Shown here: in pieces, positions 12,534-23,720 of the stretch
How the letters are laid out: the number at the start of each line of letters is the position of its first letter
Numbering within the stretch: the first letter of the stretch is position 1
NCBI RefSeq assembly: GCF_004010195.1
Contig: NC_057732.1
Coordinates: 15,209,951 to 15,273,950, forward strand
Reading direction: 5' to 3'
DNA: 64,000 nt
DNA from: Chiloscyllium plagiosum
Lineage: Eukaryota
Notes under the pieces: generated by a model
Told to the model about the DNA's origin: nothing
Database searches by the model: none
What the model saw: the letters and a program-made list of their open reading frames with translations, nothing else
Program-made: the position numbers and the translations under genes

Positions 12534-12942
12534 CATTGGAACAGCTCCGGCAGGCCAATCCCGCCCCCGGAAACCGAAACTCCCGATAAAGGTTCCGCCC
12601 CACAAACAAAGTGACCACCTCCATCTCCAGCCACGTCTCGCCCCGCCCAGTATTATGCACCTGCCATTGGCCCCTCATCCCGCCATTGGCCCCTCTCACC
12701 AATGACGACCTTGAACCCGCCCCACACCGCGCCTCTGGCCCCGCCTACCCAATGAGTCCTGACCCCGCCCCGTGTCCGAGCCACTGACCCCGCCCCATGT
12801 CCGAGCCACTGGCCCCGCCCAACATGGGTACATTCTTGCGTCACTGGCCATGCCGAATGTGGGTGCATTGAGCCCGCCTCTTTCCGGCGTCACTGGACTC
12901 CACCCCATTACGTGCCACGCCCCCCCACCTCCCCGGACCGTA
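12534..12942. promoter_or_regulatory. Bidirectional CpG-rich promoter between TPRKB (likely non-coding exon 1 ending at 12534) and ALG10
   Basis: Many CCGCCC GC boxes, CCAAT/ATTGG boxes (about 12556, 12666, 12685, 12699, 12749), a CCGGAA ETS-type core (about 12567), CRE half-sites, no TATA box. Minus-strand donor ATG|GTGAG at 12533. Confidence 0.75.
12759..12822. repeat. 25-bp tandem repeat carrying GC boxes (about 2.5 copies)
   Basis: ctgaccccgccccgtgtccgagcca / ctgaccccgccccatgtccgagcca / ctggccccgccca. Confidence 0.8.
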
Positions 12943-13107
12943 ATGGAGCGTCTCGAGCCGCTCCTCTTCTCCGCGCTCCTCAGCAGCAACTTCCTAGTCT
13001 CCTCTGTGGTTTTCTCGGCCATCAGCCGGGTGCAGAGGGCTCCTTACATGGACGAGATTTTCCACGTCCCGCAGGCGCAGCGGTACTGCGACGGGAGATT
13101 TTCCGAG
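12943..13107 (+). CDS. ALG10: ALG10 alpha-1,2-glucosyltransferase exon 1
   Basis: MERLEPLLFS...PYMDEIFHVPQAQRYCDGRFSE|gtatgc; contains the DIE2/ALG10 signature PYMDEIFH.PQAQ.YC. Confidence 0.97.
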
Positions 13108-13387
13108 GTATGCGACTGACTGCGGCTGAATGGCGGACCCCAGCGGTAGGAGATCGGGCTCCTCGCCCCCTAGTGGCCTGATCCCGGAATTGCAAGCTGA
13201 AGTGATTAGTTCAAAGGAGACCATTCAACCCATCAGCACTGTGCTAAGATCTCTGCCCATAACACTCTTTTAAAATGTTTAATCTGTTTCTGCCACCCTG
13301 TTTTTGGCAGTGGTTCATGGCATCCTGCCCACAGCCCCTAACATCTTAGATGTTTTTCTTTTACTTGCCTCATGGAAATCTGATGCA

Positions 13388-14920
13388 CATAGTCATAGAG
13401 ATGCACAACACGGAAACAAACCCTTCGGTCCAACCTGTCCATGCCGACCAGATATCCCAACCCAATCTAGTCCCACCTGCCAGCACCTGGCCCATATCCC
13501 TCTAAACCCTTCCTATTCATATACCCATCCAAATGCCTTTTATATGTTGCAGTTGTACCAGCCTCCACCACTTCCTCTGGCAGCTCATTCCATACACGTA
13601 CCACCCTCTGCATGGAAAAAGTTACCCCTTAGGTTCTATTATATCTTTCCCCTCTCACTCTAAACCTATCCCCTCTAGTTCTGGACTCCCCCACCCCAGG
13701 GAAAAGACTTGACTTATTTACCCTATCCATGGCCCTCATAATTTTGTAAACCTCTATAAGGTCACCCCTCAGCCTCCGATGCTCCAGGGAAAACAGCCCC
13801 AGCCTGTTCAGTCTCTCCCCATAGCTCAAATCCTCCAACCCTGGCAACATCCATGTAAATCTTTTCTGAATCCTTTCAAGTTTCACAACATTTTTCCAAT
13901 AGGAAGGAGATTAGAATTGCACACAATGTTCCAACAGTGGCCCAACCAATGTCCTGTACAACCGTAACATGACTTCCCAACTCCTGTACGCAATACTTTG
14001 ACCAATAAAGGAAAGCATACCAAACACCTCCTTCACTATCCTATCTACCTGCGACTCCACTTTCAATGAGCGATGAACCTGCACTCCAAGGTCTCTTTGT
14101 TCAGCAACACTCCCTAGGACCTTACCATTAAGTGTATAAGTCCTGCTAAGATTTGCTTTCCCAAAATGCAGCACCTTGCATTTATCTGAATTAAACTTCA
14201 TCTGCCACTTCTCAGCCCATTGGCCCATCTGGTCAAGATCCTGTTGTAATATGAGGTAACCCTCTTCACTGTCCACTACACCTCCAATTTTGGTGCCATC
14301 TGCAAACTTACTAGCTATATCTTTTATGCTCACATACAAATCATTTATATAAATGACAAAAAGTAGAGGACCCAGCACCAATCCTTGTAGCACTCCACTG
14401 GTCACAGGCCTCCAGATTGAAAAACAACCCTCCACCACCACCTTCTGCCTTTGAGCCAGTTCTGTGTCCACATGGCTAATTCTCCCTGTATTTTGTGAGA
14501 TCTAACCTTGCTAACCAGTGTCCCATGAGAAACCTCGTTGAACTCCATATAGATCGTATGTTACTTCTTCAAAAACTCAATCAAGTTTGTGAGACATGAT
14601 TTCCCACACACAAAGCCATGTTGACTATCAGTCCTTGCCTTTCCAAATACATGTACATCCTGTCCCTCAGGATTCCCTCCAACAACTTGCCCACCACCGA
14701 CGTAAGGCTCACTGGTCTATAGTTCCCTGGCTTGTCCTTATCACCCTTCTTAAACAGTGGCACCACGTTAGCCAACCTCCAGTCTTCTGGCACCTCACCT
14801 GTGACTATCGATGATACAAATATCTGAACAAGAGGCCCAGCAATCACTTCTCTAGCTTCCCACAGCGTTCTAGGGTACACCTGATGAAGTCCTGGGGATT
14901 TATCCACCTTTATGCGTCTA
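13388..14920 (-). mobile_element. CR1/HER1 LINE, 5'-truncated, with RT domain
   Basis: ORFs 14581-14934 (KSPG..VPEDWR.ANVVPLFKKG..PGNYRPVSLTS), 13911-14471 (SGV.QG.VLGP.LF..YINDL...FAD) and 13629-13886. Confidence 0.93.
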
Positions 14921-15277
14921 TAAATCCAGACCAAAAAAAACTATTGGGACATGGACGCAATTATTTTCTTGTCCTTTCAAATAAGTTATTTCTCCCCCTC
15001 TCCTTAATTTGACTGATATGCCTATTATTTTCTGGCAGTTAATGGGACTCGTTCCATATTCTGGTTTTGTGTTCGTAATTGACAGTTAATTTTAATTTCT
15101 GTTTCCTATAACATTTGGAAGAAATTGACCTCACTTGTTCCTTCTGCCTACTGGTGTTGTTGAAGATCAGAATTCATTCCTACAAACCTACAATTCCATA
15201 CATTTGTTGACTTATTTGGTTAATATGCAATAGTTTTGACAGGGACGTGGATATTTCCCATTCCTCCATTGTAGGGT

Positions 15278-15750
15278 CATAGAGTCGTACGGTGTGGAAA
15301 TAGACCCTTCGGTCCAACCAGTTCATGTCAACCATAATCCCAAACTAAACGAGTCGCACCAAATCCCTCCAAATATTTCTTATTTATGTGCTTATCTAAA
15401 TGTCTTTTAAATGTTGTAACTGTACCTGCATCCACTTTCTCTGGAGTGTGTGTGTGTGTGTAGTAAAAGAAAATTGGCTTTTACGTCTTCTTTTAAACCT
15501 TTTCCTCTCACTTTAAAATATGCCCTCTAGTCTTGAAAGCCCCCACCCGAGGGAAAAGACACCTGCCATTCACCTTCTATATACCCGTTAACGAATTTGT
15601 AAACCTGTATGAGGTTGCCCCTCGCCCTCTGATGGTCCAGTGAAAAAAGTCCCAACCTATCCAACCTCTCCCCATAACTGAAAACCTCCATTTCTGGCAA
15701 CATTCTGGTAAGTCTCTTCTGAACCCTTTCCACCTTAATAATATCCTTCC
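15278..15750 (-). mobile_element. CR1 LINE 3' fragment containing a short (GT)n tract
   Basis: ORF 15527-15733 (ERVQKRLTRMLP); catagagtc tail. Confidence 0.85.
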
Positions 15751-15829
15751 TTTAAAGGAATAATGATACAATATTAATATGCTGCCTATAATTTTCAAAT
15801 TTCTGCGCACTGCTCTTTCTTTAAGTTCA

Positions 15830-18570
15830 TACGATAGAGGAGCAGAATTAGGTCATTCAGCCCATCAGGCCTGCTCTGCCATTCGATCATGGCTGATATG
15901 TTCCTCACCCCATTTTCTTGCCTTCTCTCCATATCTCTTCAACCCATTACCAATTAAAAATCTGTCTTAACTCCTCCTTAAATTTACTCGCTGTCCCAGC
16001 ATCGACTGCACTTTGGGTTAGCAAGTTGGGTTTTTTTTATCTGTGGTATAGACCATAACATACAAGAGCAGAATTAGGCTATTCCAGCAGATTGAGTCCG
16101 CTCCATCATTCCGTCATGACTTATATGTTTTTGGACCCCATTCTCATGCTTCTTTTGATCCCCTTAAGAACCTACCTATCTCTGTCATAGAGTCATACAA
16201 CACAGAAACAGACCCTTCAGTGCAACTTGTCCATGCCAATCAGCTTATTCTAAACTGATAGAGTCCCATTTGCCAACATTTGGCCCATATTCCTCTAAAA
16301 GTTTCCTATTAATATACCTATCTAGATGCCTTTTAAATGTTGTAATTGTACCCTCTCCACCACCAGCTCGAGCCGCACATTCCGTACATGCACCACCCTA
16401 TGTGTGAAAAAGTTGTCCTTCAGGCCCCTTTTAAACTTATCTCCTCTCACCTTAAATCTATGCCTTCTAATTTTGGACTACTCCACCCTGGGAAAAAAAG
16501 AAAACCAGGGAAAAGGTTTTCATAAGTACACCGAATGATTTCGTCTCTGCAGTGCAGTGTGGCAATGAATTCCACAGACTAACCACCCTCTGACCGAAGA
16601 AGCTCCTCCTTGTTTCAGTGCTGAAGGGTCATGCCTTCACTCTGAGGCTGTGCCCTCAGGTTCTAGTCTCTCCGAGTGGAAACATCTCCATACCTACTCT
16701 ATCCAAGCCTCTCAGTATTCAGTAAGTTTCAGTCACATTACCCTAATCCACCCTAAAGTTTGGGAATTCTGCTGGTGTCTGGCATTGCAAGAACTGATGC
16801 AGAGTACCTATTCACTTCCTTCACTATTTCTTCGTACCCCATTACTACTTCCCCACCAGTCTAATGTCCACTCTTGCCTCTCTGTTACCTTTTTTAATAA
16901 CAAGCTCCTGCAGTCTTTTATTATATTACTAGATAGCTTACTCTCATATTTTATCCTCCACTCACTTTTTATGCTGTCCCTGACTTCCCTTGTCAGCCAT
17001 GTTTGCCTCATCCTCCCCTTAGTGTTTTCTTCTTCCTTTGGATGAATCTCTGCTGTGCCTCCAGAGTTACCCCCAGAAACCCCTGCCATTGCTGCTCCCC
17101 CATCTTCTCTGCTCGGCTTCCCTTCCAGTCAACTCTGGCAAGCTGCTCCCTCATCACTTTTTGTAGTTATCTTTACCCAATCGTAATAATGTTACACCTG
17201 ATTTCAGTTTCTCCCTCTCAAAACTGCAAGGTAAATTCTCTTAAATTATGGTCACTGCCCCATAGGGATTCCTTCCCCGTTAAGCTTCCTAATCAAATGC
17301 CTCATTACACATCACCAAGTCCAAAATTTCTGGTTCCCTAGTGGGCTCTACCACAAGTTGCTCCAAAAAAACATATTCTTAGACATTCCACTTCTTGAGA
17401 TCCGCTGCCAATCTGAGTTTCCCAATCCACCTGCATATTGAAGACCCCTATGATTATTGTCATGGTGCCTTTCTTACATGCCTTTATATCTCCTGATGTA
17501 TTTCCTACCTCACATCCTGAATACTGCAAGGAGGCTTGGGCACAATGCCTCTCAGAGTCTTTTTGTCCCTTTGCAGTTCCTCAACTCTACCCAACCAGCT
17601 TCTGTGCTTTCCAACTCTATATGGCTTCTTGCTATCTGTTTGATTCAATTTCTCATGAACAAGACAATCCTGTGCTCTCTGCCCATCTCACTGTCCTTTT
17701 GATAGGATCCTTGGATGTTTAGATCCCAGCCCTGATCCCCTTGCAGTCACATCAGTGATACGCATAACATCATATTTGCCAATTTCAATCTGCACTACAA
17801 GCTTATTTACATTGTTTCATATATTGCATGCATCTAAGTACAACATCTTCAGTCCTGTGTTGACTGCTCCCCTTCTCATAGTTATCCCCTTAACTGCTGT
17901 ACCTGAAGTTTGATTCTTGAGCGTTTTCATACTCTCTGTTCTATTAGTTATTCAGGAAACTCTAATAACCTCTGCTGAACGGCCCCCCCCCACTCCGCCA
18001 CCCCGAACATTTTCTATGATCTTCCATGCAACTGAAGCCACCTTCCCCACTAGTTAGTTTAAAGCCCTATCCACAGCTCTAGTTTTGTGATTTGCTCGGA
18101 CTTTGGCACCGGTTCCGGGAGAGAGGGAGCTGTTCTGATGGGACAAACTCCACTCAGATCATGCTGGCACCAGTGTCCCATGAATTTGAACCCGTTTCTC
18201 TCACACCAGTCATTCAGCCATGCATTTTCCTTTTCAATATTGTCGATCCTGTGCCAATTTGTTCATGACTGAGATAGTAATCCAGAGATTATTACTTTTT
18301 TGGTTCTGTTTTTTAATCTGGCCTTTTGCTATTCATTATCACTCAGCAGAACCTCTTTCCCCTTTCTGCATATAGCGTTGGTATCTATGTGGACCCACAG
18401 CATCTGGATCTTTCCTCTCCCACTCCAAGTTCCTCTGTAAGACAGATGAGATATCCTGAACCGGGGCACCAGGCAGGCAACACTGCCTTCGGATTGTCAA
18501 TCCTGGCCACAGAAAATAGCGTTTATTCCCCTTACTATACTGTCCCTGATTACAATTACATTATTATAAT
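15830..18570 (-). mobile_element. Cluster of nested, decayed CR1-type LINE pieces in ALG10 intron 1
   Basis: Several 3' tails (about 15830, 16055, 16186) plus endonuclease-region remnants such as IIIGVFNMQVDW at 17338-17529; internal boundaries not resolved. Confidence 0.65.
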
Positions 18571-18640
18571 TACACTACAAATACACTTATTCCCAATTTA
18601 TGTATATTTAAATTATAAATTGCTTAATTCTCTCATGCAG

Positions 18641-18838
18641 TGGGATCCAATGATCACAACTTTACCTGGCCTCTATCTGGTGTCTACTGGGATAATCAAG
18701 CCAGTATCTTGGCTGATGGGTTGGACAGGGAGTATAGTATGTTCTACAGGAATGCTACGATTCGTTAATCTTCTGTTCAATACTGGCAACCTCTACTTGC
18801 TTTATCTGCTCTTGTGCAAGATACATCAGAAGGACAAG
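18641..18838 (+). CDS. ALG10: ALG10 exon 2
   Basis: cag|WDPMITTLPGLYLVSTGIIKP...LLCKIHQKDK|gt; 198 nt, phase 0. Confidence 0.97.
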
Positions 18839-19053
18839 GTACACAAGTTTCTACCCTTTTTTTTTCTCAATGTCGGAAGAGAAAACCTGTACTTAAAGCT
18901 GTATGGCTTCTGTTGTGTTACGTTCTAGAAAGCCAGTTGAAGATGAGTACGGAGCTGATCTTTCCTTTATCTTCCATTAAGTTGTGAAGTTAAACATTGC
19001 AAGCGTATACCATTAGCTCAATCACACAGGATTTCAGAAAACATGTTTTTGTG

Positions 19054-19656
19054 TGTTGGTATGGACCAGACCAAATCTTCTCAAAACGTGACAAGGAAAT
19101 AGCCTAGACCCTAACTTTTTCGTATTTTAAAGGCAAATGCCAGGTGTTGTGTTCTAGATGCAACTCGATTGGTTGAACTTCCAGGCTTGAAGCAAAACAC
19201 ACTTCTTTCATCCACTATTGTTAAAATACACGCAAAATGAAAGAAAAGAGTTGGCTTAATTGTAACTCACTTGAAATGCTTAACAAAATAATATATATTA
19301 ACTACTGTTAATTAACTGTTCCAATATAGTAACATCCCATAAACACACTCTTGGCAAAGGCAAATTCCGTAAAATAGACTGTCTCACATGCAATTCTAAC
19401 AGCAAGAAGAGAACCACCGCTTTTAGCTGTAACAGAGAGAGGAATAAGAGCTTCCCCATCAGCTTCAAGACCCCAATAGCAGCTGCAGAAAATAAAACTA
19501 AAAATCTTGATTCTGTGGGAGCTTGACACCACCCATTCAACCCCAAGGCCTCATAAACTGTTTGTTGTCTTTGAGCAGACCGCTCGTCACCTCTGTCTCC
19601 ACCTTTCTTAAAAGAAAAGGACCAGATACATCCCTTAAAGCCATATTATTGTCATA
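19054..19656 (-). mobile_element. Solo LTR related to the Gypsy LTR at 31621-32229
   Basis: Its reverse complement ends aaagttagggtctaggctatttccttg...tggtctggtccataccaaca, similar to the 3' LTR end aaagttagggtctgggctactttcttg...tggtctggcctggtcaataaca; length about 600 bp, as for that LTR. Confidence 0.65.
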
Positions 19657-19803
19657 TCATCTGGGTATATGAATAGGAAGGATTTGGAGGGATATGGGCC
19701 AGGTGCTGGCAGGTGGGACTAGATTGGGTTGGGATATCTGGTCGGCATGAATGTGTTGGACTGAAGAGTCTGTTTCCATGCTGTACATATCTATGACTCT
19801 ATG
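19657..19803 (+). mobile_element. CR1/HER1 3' tail
   Basis: ggagggatatgggcca...tgtttccatgctgtacatatctatgactctatg. Confidence 0.8.
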
Positions 19804-21103
19804 GCTTTAAGTTAAACCTCAGCTAATGCCTGCCATCTGCATGCATAAACACAAATAATGTACTATTAACATAAAACAATGTTTTCATCTTAGTATTTTA
19901 AAAATCCTATTTAGAATTTTGTATTTTATACAAAAAGGCAGTATTTTATATTGTAGTGTAACCTCATTACCCCACTTCCTTTTTAAGGCATAGTTTCAAG
20001 CCATAGTACATTGGGTAAGGATAAAGATGACAGAAGACAATTTCCATAAGTACTCTGTAACCATTGGGATGTGAAACTCGAGCTTGATCTGCTTGTTTCT
20101 TGCCCAGCACAGTGAGAAATAGATCATATCTCAGCTAATGCCATGCTGAGTAGAAATTGAACACATGACATCTGTATCATTATCAAACACTGACTTCCCC
20201 CAAGTAACCCCATCTGAGGAGCTTTGTTCTGGAATATTTTCCTATTTCTATCTGATATGTTTGTGTACCTAGCAATGTTTTTGGAACGAGTGGAATTGTT
20301 TTCAAATACCTTTTTGTTAGTCTCCATCCTGCTCATCAAACATTGAGTTTTAATTGTGTATGCAAGTAGCAATAGAATATTCCTCCATTCACCTCTTGAC
20401 TAGTTGGACTGTTTATAATCCAGGAAGTAAATTTGCAGAAATAAGTTAATGATTATAGCTCAAGGGTTTACCTGTATCTTCAGATCTGCTGAACTGAAGT
20501 AACTTTTGCTAATACAATGTGTTATTCATTCTGGTCCCCATTACTGTTACCCCTTCACATAACTGGTACAAAATTCAACACTATTGGCTGCTGTAAGTCT
20601 CATTGAACAATAATAATAGCAGTTGCAATCTGTCATGACTAGTCTCAGTGAGAAAAATTTGCCAATGGTGCAAACGAATTATGGCTTAGCACACAACCAC
20701 ATCTTGTTAGGGTGGAAGAGCTCAAACAGCAGAAATCCCAATAGCTACCTGCTGCTGGTTGCATGTCTTAATTGTTCTGTTTATGAAGGCACATAAAAGA
20801 ACATCCCTATGATCCAGAAGGACTACAACTTTTACATAAAACATGTTTATTTTCCCTGATCCTGTACTTGGAAATAATTTAGATCATGCTGAATTAACTG
20901 GACTTGCAGAAGTAGAACCTATCAGTAGCAATGAATGATGATCAACTGTTAAAGTGGTCAAAAAATACTAGGAATACAGAATATGAATGATAGAGCATTT
21001 GCTTGTTTGTATTGTTGTAATCAAAATTGGAGTTGCTTTCTTATTGGCTTAATGCAGATATATTGTCAATGAATAATGTTTCTTTTTTTTTGTCCCTTTG
21101 CAG

Positions 21104-22156
21104 GCCACCTGTACATTCCGGAGAATTATGTCTGCATTAACACTTGCCTCATTTCCCCTGCTTTACTTTTTCTCATTCCTCTATTACACAGATGCAGGCT
21201 CAACATTCTTCATTTTATTTACTTATCTGATGTGCCTATATGGGAGTCATAGTATTGCTGCATGCCTTGGATTCTGTGCCTTTATGTTCCGTCAGACTAA
21301 CATCGTCTGGATTATATTCTGTGCAGGAAGTGTTGTCGCACAGAAATTGACAGAAGCATGGAAGATTGATTCTCTCAAGAAAAGGGATGAAAAGACAGTT
21401 ATTCTAAACTCCACTGTGGAGATCAAGAAGATTGTGCGCTTCCTGTTAGAGTATGTCCTATCGTTTAACAATCTGAAAGGACTGATATTTCTGACCTGGC
21501 CATACATCATCTTAGTTGTGGGATTTCTGCTGTTTGTCTCCCTGAATGGAGGAATAGTTATCGGTGACAGGACCAACCACGAGATCTCTCTCAACTTTCC
21601 TCAGTTATTCTACTTCTTTTCTTTCACCCTAGTATTCTCCCTTCCTCATCTGCTTTCCCCTCATAAGATAATAACTTTCCTAAGTTCAGTAAAGAAGCAA
21701 CCTTTATTTTACCTTTTTCTTGTAGTTGTCTCCTTGTTGTTGATTTGGAAGTTCACTTACATTCATAAGTTTTTGCTGGCTGATAACAGACATTACACAT
21801 TTTATGTTTGGAAAAATATCTTTCAGAGGCACGAACTAATCAAGTATATGTTGGTCCCAGGGTATATCTTTGCTGTTTGGACATTCATTGAAACATTGAA
21901 GTCCAAATCAATTTTCTGGAACTTAGCGTTTTTTATCTGTTTGGCTGCTGCTACTGTTCCACAAAAGTTATTAGAATTTCGTTATTTCATTGTGCCATAT
22001 CTTATCTTCAGACTGAACATCCCAATGCCTTTGGGCTTTAAGATTCTTGCGGAGCTGGCTGTGTATTCTGTACTAAATGTGCTAACTGTTTACTTGTTTC
22101 TCTACAAAACCTTCCAGTGGCCAGGTAGCGAAGAAGTTCACAGGTTTATGTGGTGA
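21104..22156 (+). CDS. ALG10: ALG10 exon 3 (terminal)
   Basis: Polypyrimidine tract + cag|ATCTFRR...; motifs FLYYTD, FRQTNI.W, LADNRHYTFYVW, LLEFRYF, RFMW*. Total protein 471 aa. Confidence 0.98.
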   Translation, partial: ATCTFRRIMSALTLASFPLLYFFSFLYYTDAGSTFFILFTYLMCLYGSHSIAACLGFCAFMFRQTNIVWIIFCAGSVVAQKLTEAWKIDSLKKRDEKTVILNSTVEIKKIVRFLLEYVLSFNNLKGLIFLTWPYIILVVGFLLFVSLNGGIVIGDRTNHEISLNFPQLFYFFSFTLVFSLPHLLSPHKIITFLSSVKKQPLFYLFLVVVSLLLIWKFTYIHKFLLADNRHYTFYVWKNIFQRHELIKYMLVPGYIFAVWTFIETLKSKSIFWNLAFFICLAAATVPQKLLEFRYFIVPYLIFRLNIPMPLGFKILAELAVYSVLNVLTVYLFLYKTFQWPGSEEVHRFMW

Positions 22157-23124
22157 TGTTTGGGAACACTTTTTATTTGGCTTTAAAAGATCATGTACAT
22201 AAATGGTTAACATTCTTCAGAAATACTTAACCATAATCAAAATATTTGTAATGTCCACAACATTTGGAAGAAGATCTTTCTTTAAATTTTTTTTCCTATG
22301 TAGTTGTGTATTTGGAATACTGTGTTCATGATTTTTTCTGCCAAATTCTGTAATTAGCATGATAACATCATTTATTCAAATCTGTTCATGTAAACATTTG
22401 TTTTCGTCACATGCACTATATTAGTCTTGATTGTGCTGTTTCAAAAGCAAGTTACTAACCTGACTGAATTACAGATACATTTAATGTTATTATATTTTGA
22501 TTATACAGCAAAAGTACTTCAAGACCTTATGGTTAAAAGAGTTTGTGATATTCTGTTTTATCCATTTGAAATGGTGACTCTGCTTATTGGGCAAACAGTT
22601 TTATCTCATTTTAGCATTACAACCTATTCAGTTCTGCATGTTATCACTTTTATTGTGTATGTATTAAACTGAGGGATTGAGGACTAGTATAAATATTAGA
22701 TATTTGCAAACTGATGTACTGATCTTTTAATGTTTTCCACAATTAGACCTGTGTTAGAGAAATTATTATTCTTGATTTCACCTGGTGTATTCTAGTCACG
22801 TTTGCTGTATCACGTTTTGTTTGATATTGAACTTGACTGCCGGTTGTTATCTCACAGCTTTTATCTGTGGCTTTTTTTTCTCAATTGGTGCAATTTATCT
22901 ATTTTAATGATTTTTAATAATTAATTTTTTTTTTTTGCAGACGCTCTGTAGTCACTGAGTTAGAGGGAGAGGGAAAGATTTAGTCATTTCCACAGAGAAC
23001 TCTTAGAAAGTCTTTGAAGACATTTGGGAAACGGGATTTTATTTCTGGTCCCCATAAGAAAAGGTGTTTAATTTGTCTACTACAAGAAGGAAATTATTTA
23101 GGTAGGTTTTAACTTATGAAAATA

Positions 23125-23432
23125 TTACTTGTATTTAAATAAGCAGCTGTCATATCGTTAGAATATCCCAAAGTGTTCTGCAGCCAAAGAATGACTTTTG
23201 AACTGTAGTCATCATTGCTTTGTCAGCACATGCAGCAGCCAGTGTGCATACAATATGGTCCCAGAAATAACAGTAAAGCGAGTAACTGGTCAATCTGTTT
23301 GGTGTTGGGTGAGAGTTAGCCAAGACGAAAGGTCTTTCTTCTCATCAGCTAGTTTGTGGTATCTTTTATGGAATTTGGGCATGGATCTAAAATCTCATCT
23401 GAAAGTCAGCCACCTATGTCAGTGTAATGAAA
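23125..23432 (-). mobile_element. Deu-domain SINE (SacSINE1/AmnSINE1-like) relic
   Basis: cccaaagtg..cagcca..acttttgaa.tgtagtca..gcagcagcca..tgca...tctcatctgaaag resembles my recollection of the AmnSINE1/SacSINE1 consensus; a smaller relic lies near 46100-46170. Confidence 0.55.
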
Positions 23433-23697
23433 CAGTATTAATTACTGACTTCACAGTAAAGGATCAATTAGGTAACAACTGTAACATGATATAATGTCAC
23501 ATTCAGTTTGAGGGTGAGAAATTTGCGATGAAAATAGAGCCTAAAATGTAAAGGCAATTACAAAGGTTTGAAGACGGAAATAACTGCACAGAGTCTGATA
23601 TCCTGTCATCAAGCCCCCCTTTATTGTGCCAATACACTGGCTGTGGCCAGCGGGTTCGGAGTCAGTCTCCTCAACTGAGGAGATTCTGAATCCCCTG

Positions 23698-23720
23698 TTT
23701 ATATATATATATATATATAT
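23698..23720. repeat. (TA)n microsatellite
   Basis: About 10 TA units. Confidence 0.9.

Noticed and set aside
12391-13224. Several overlapping ORFs around the promoter
   Set aside because: Expected in GC-rich sequence; only 12943-13107 matches ALG10.
18326-18640. N-terminal extension of the 200-aa ORF containing ALG10 exon 2
   Set aside because: Intronic, LINE-derived read-through upstream of a clear acceptor at 18640.
22921-23065. Strong polypyrimidine tract + CAG at 22940 suggesting an extra exon
   Set aside because: No convincing reading frame or strong donor; could be a UTR splice but is unsupported.
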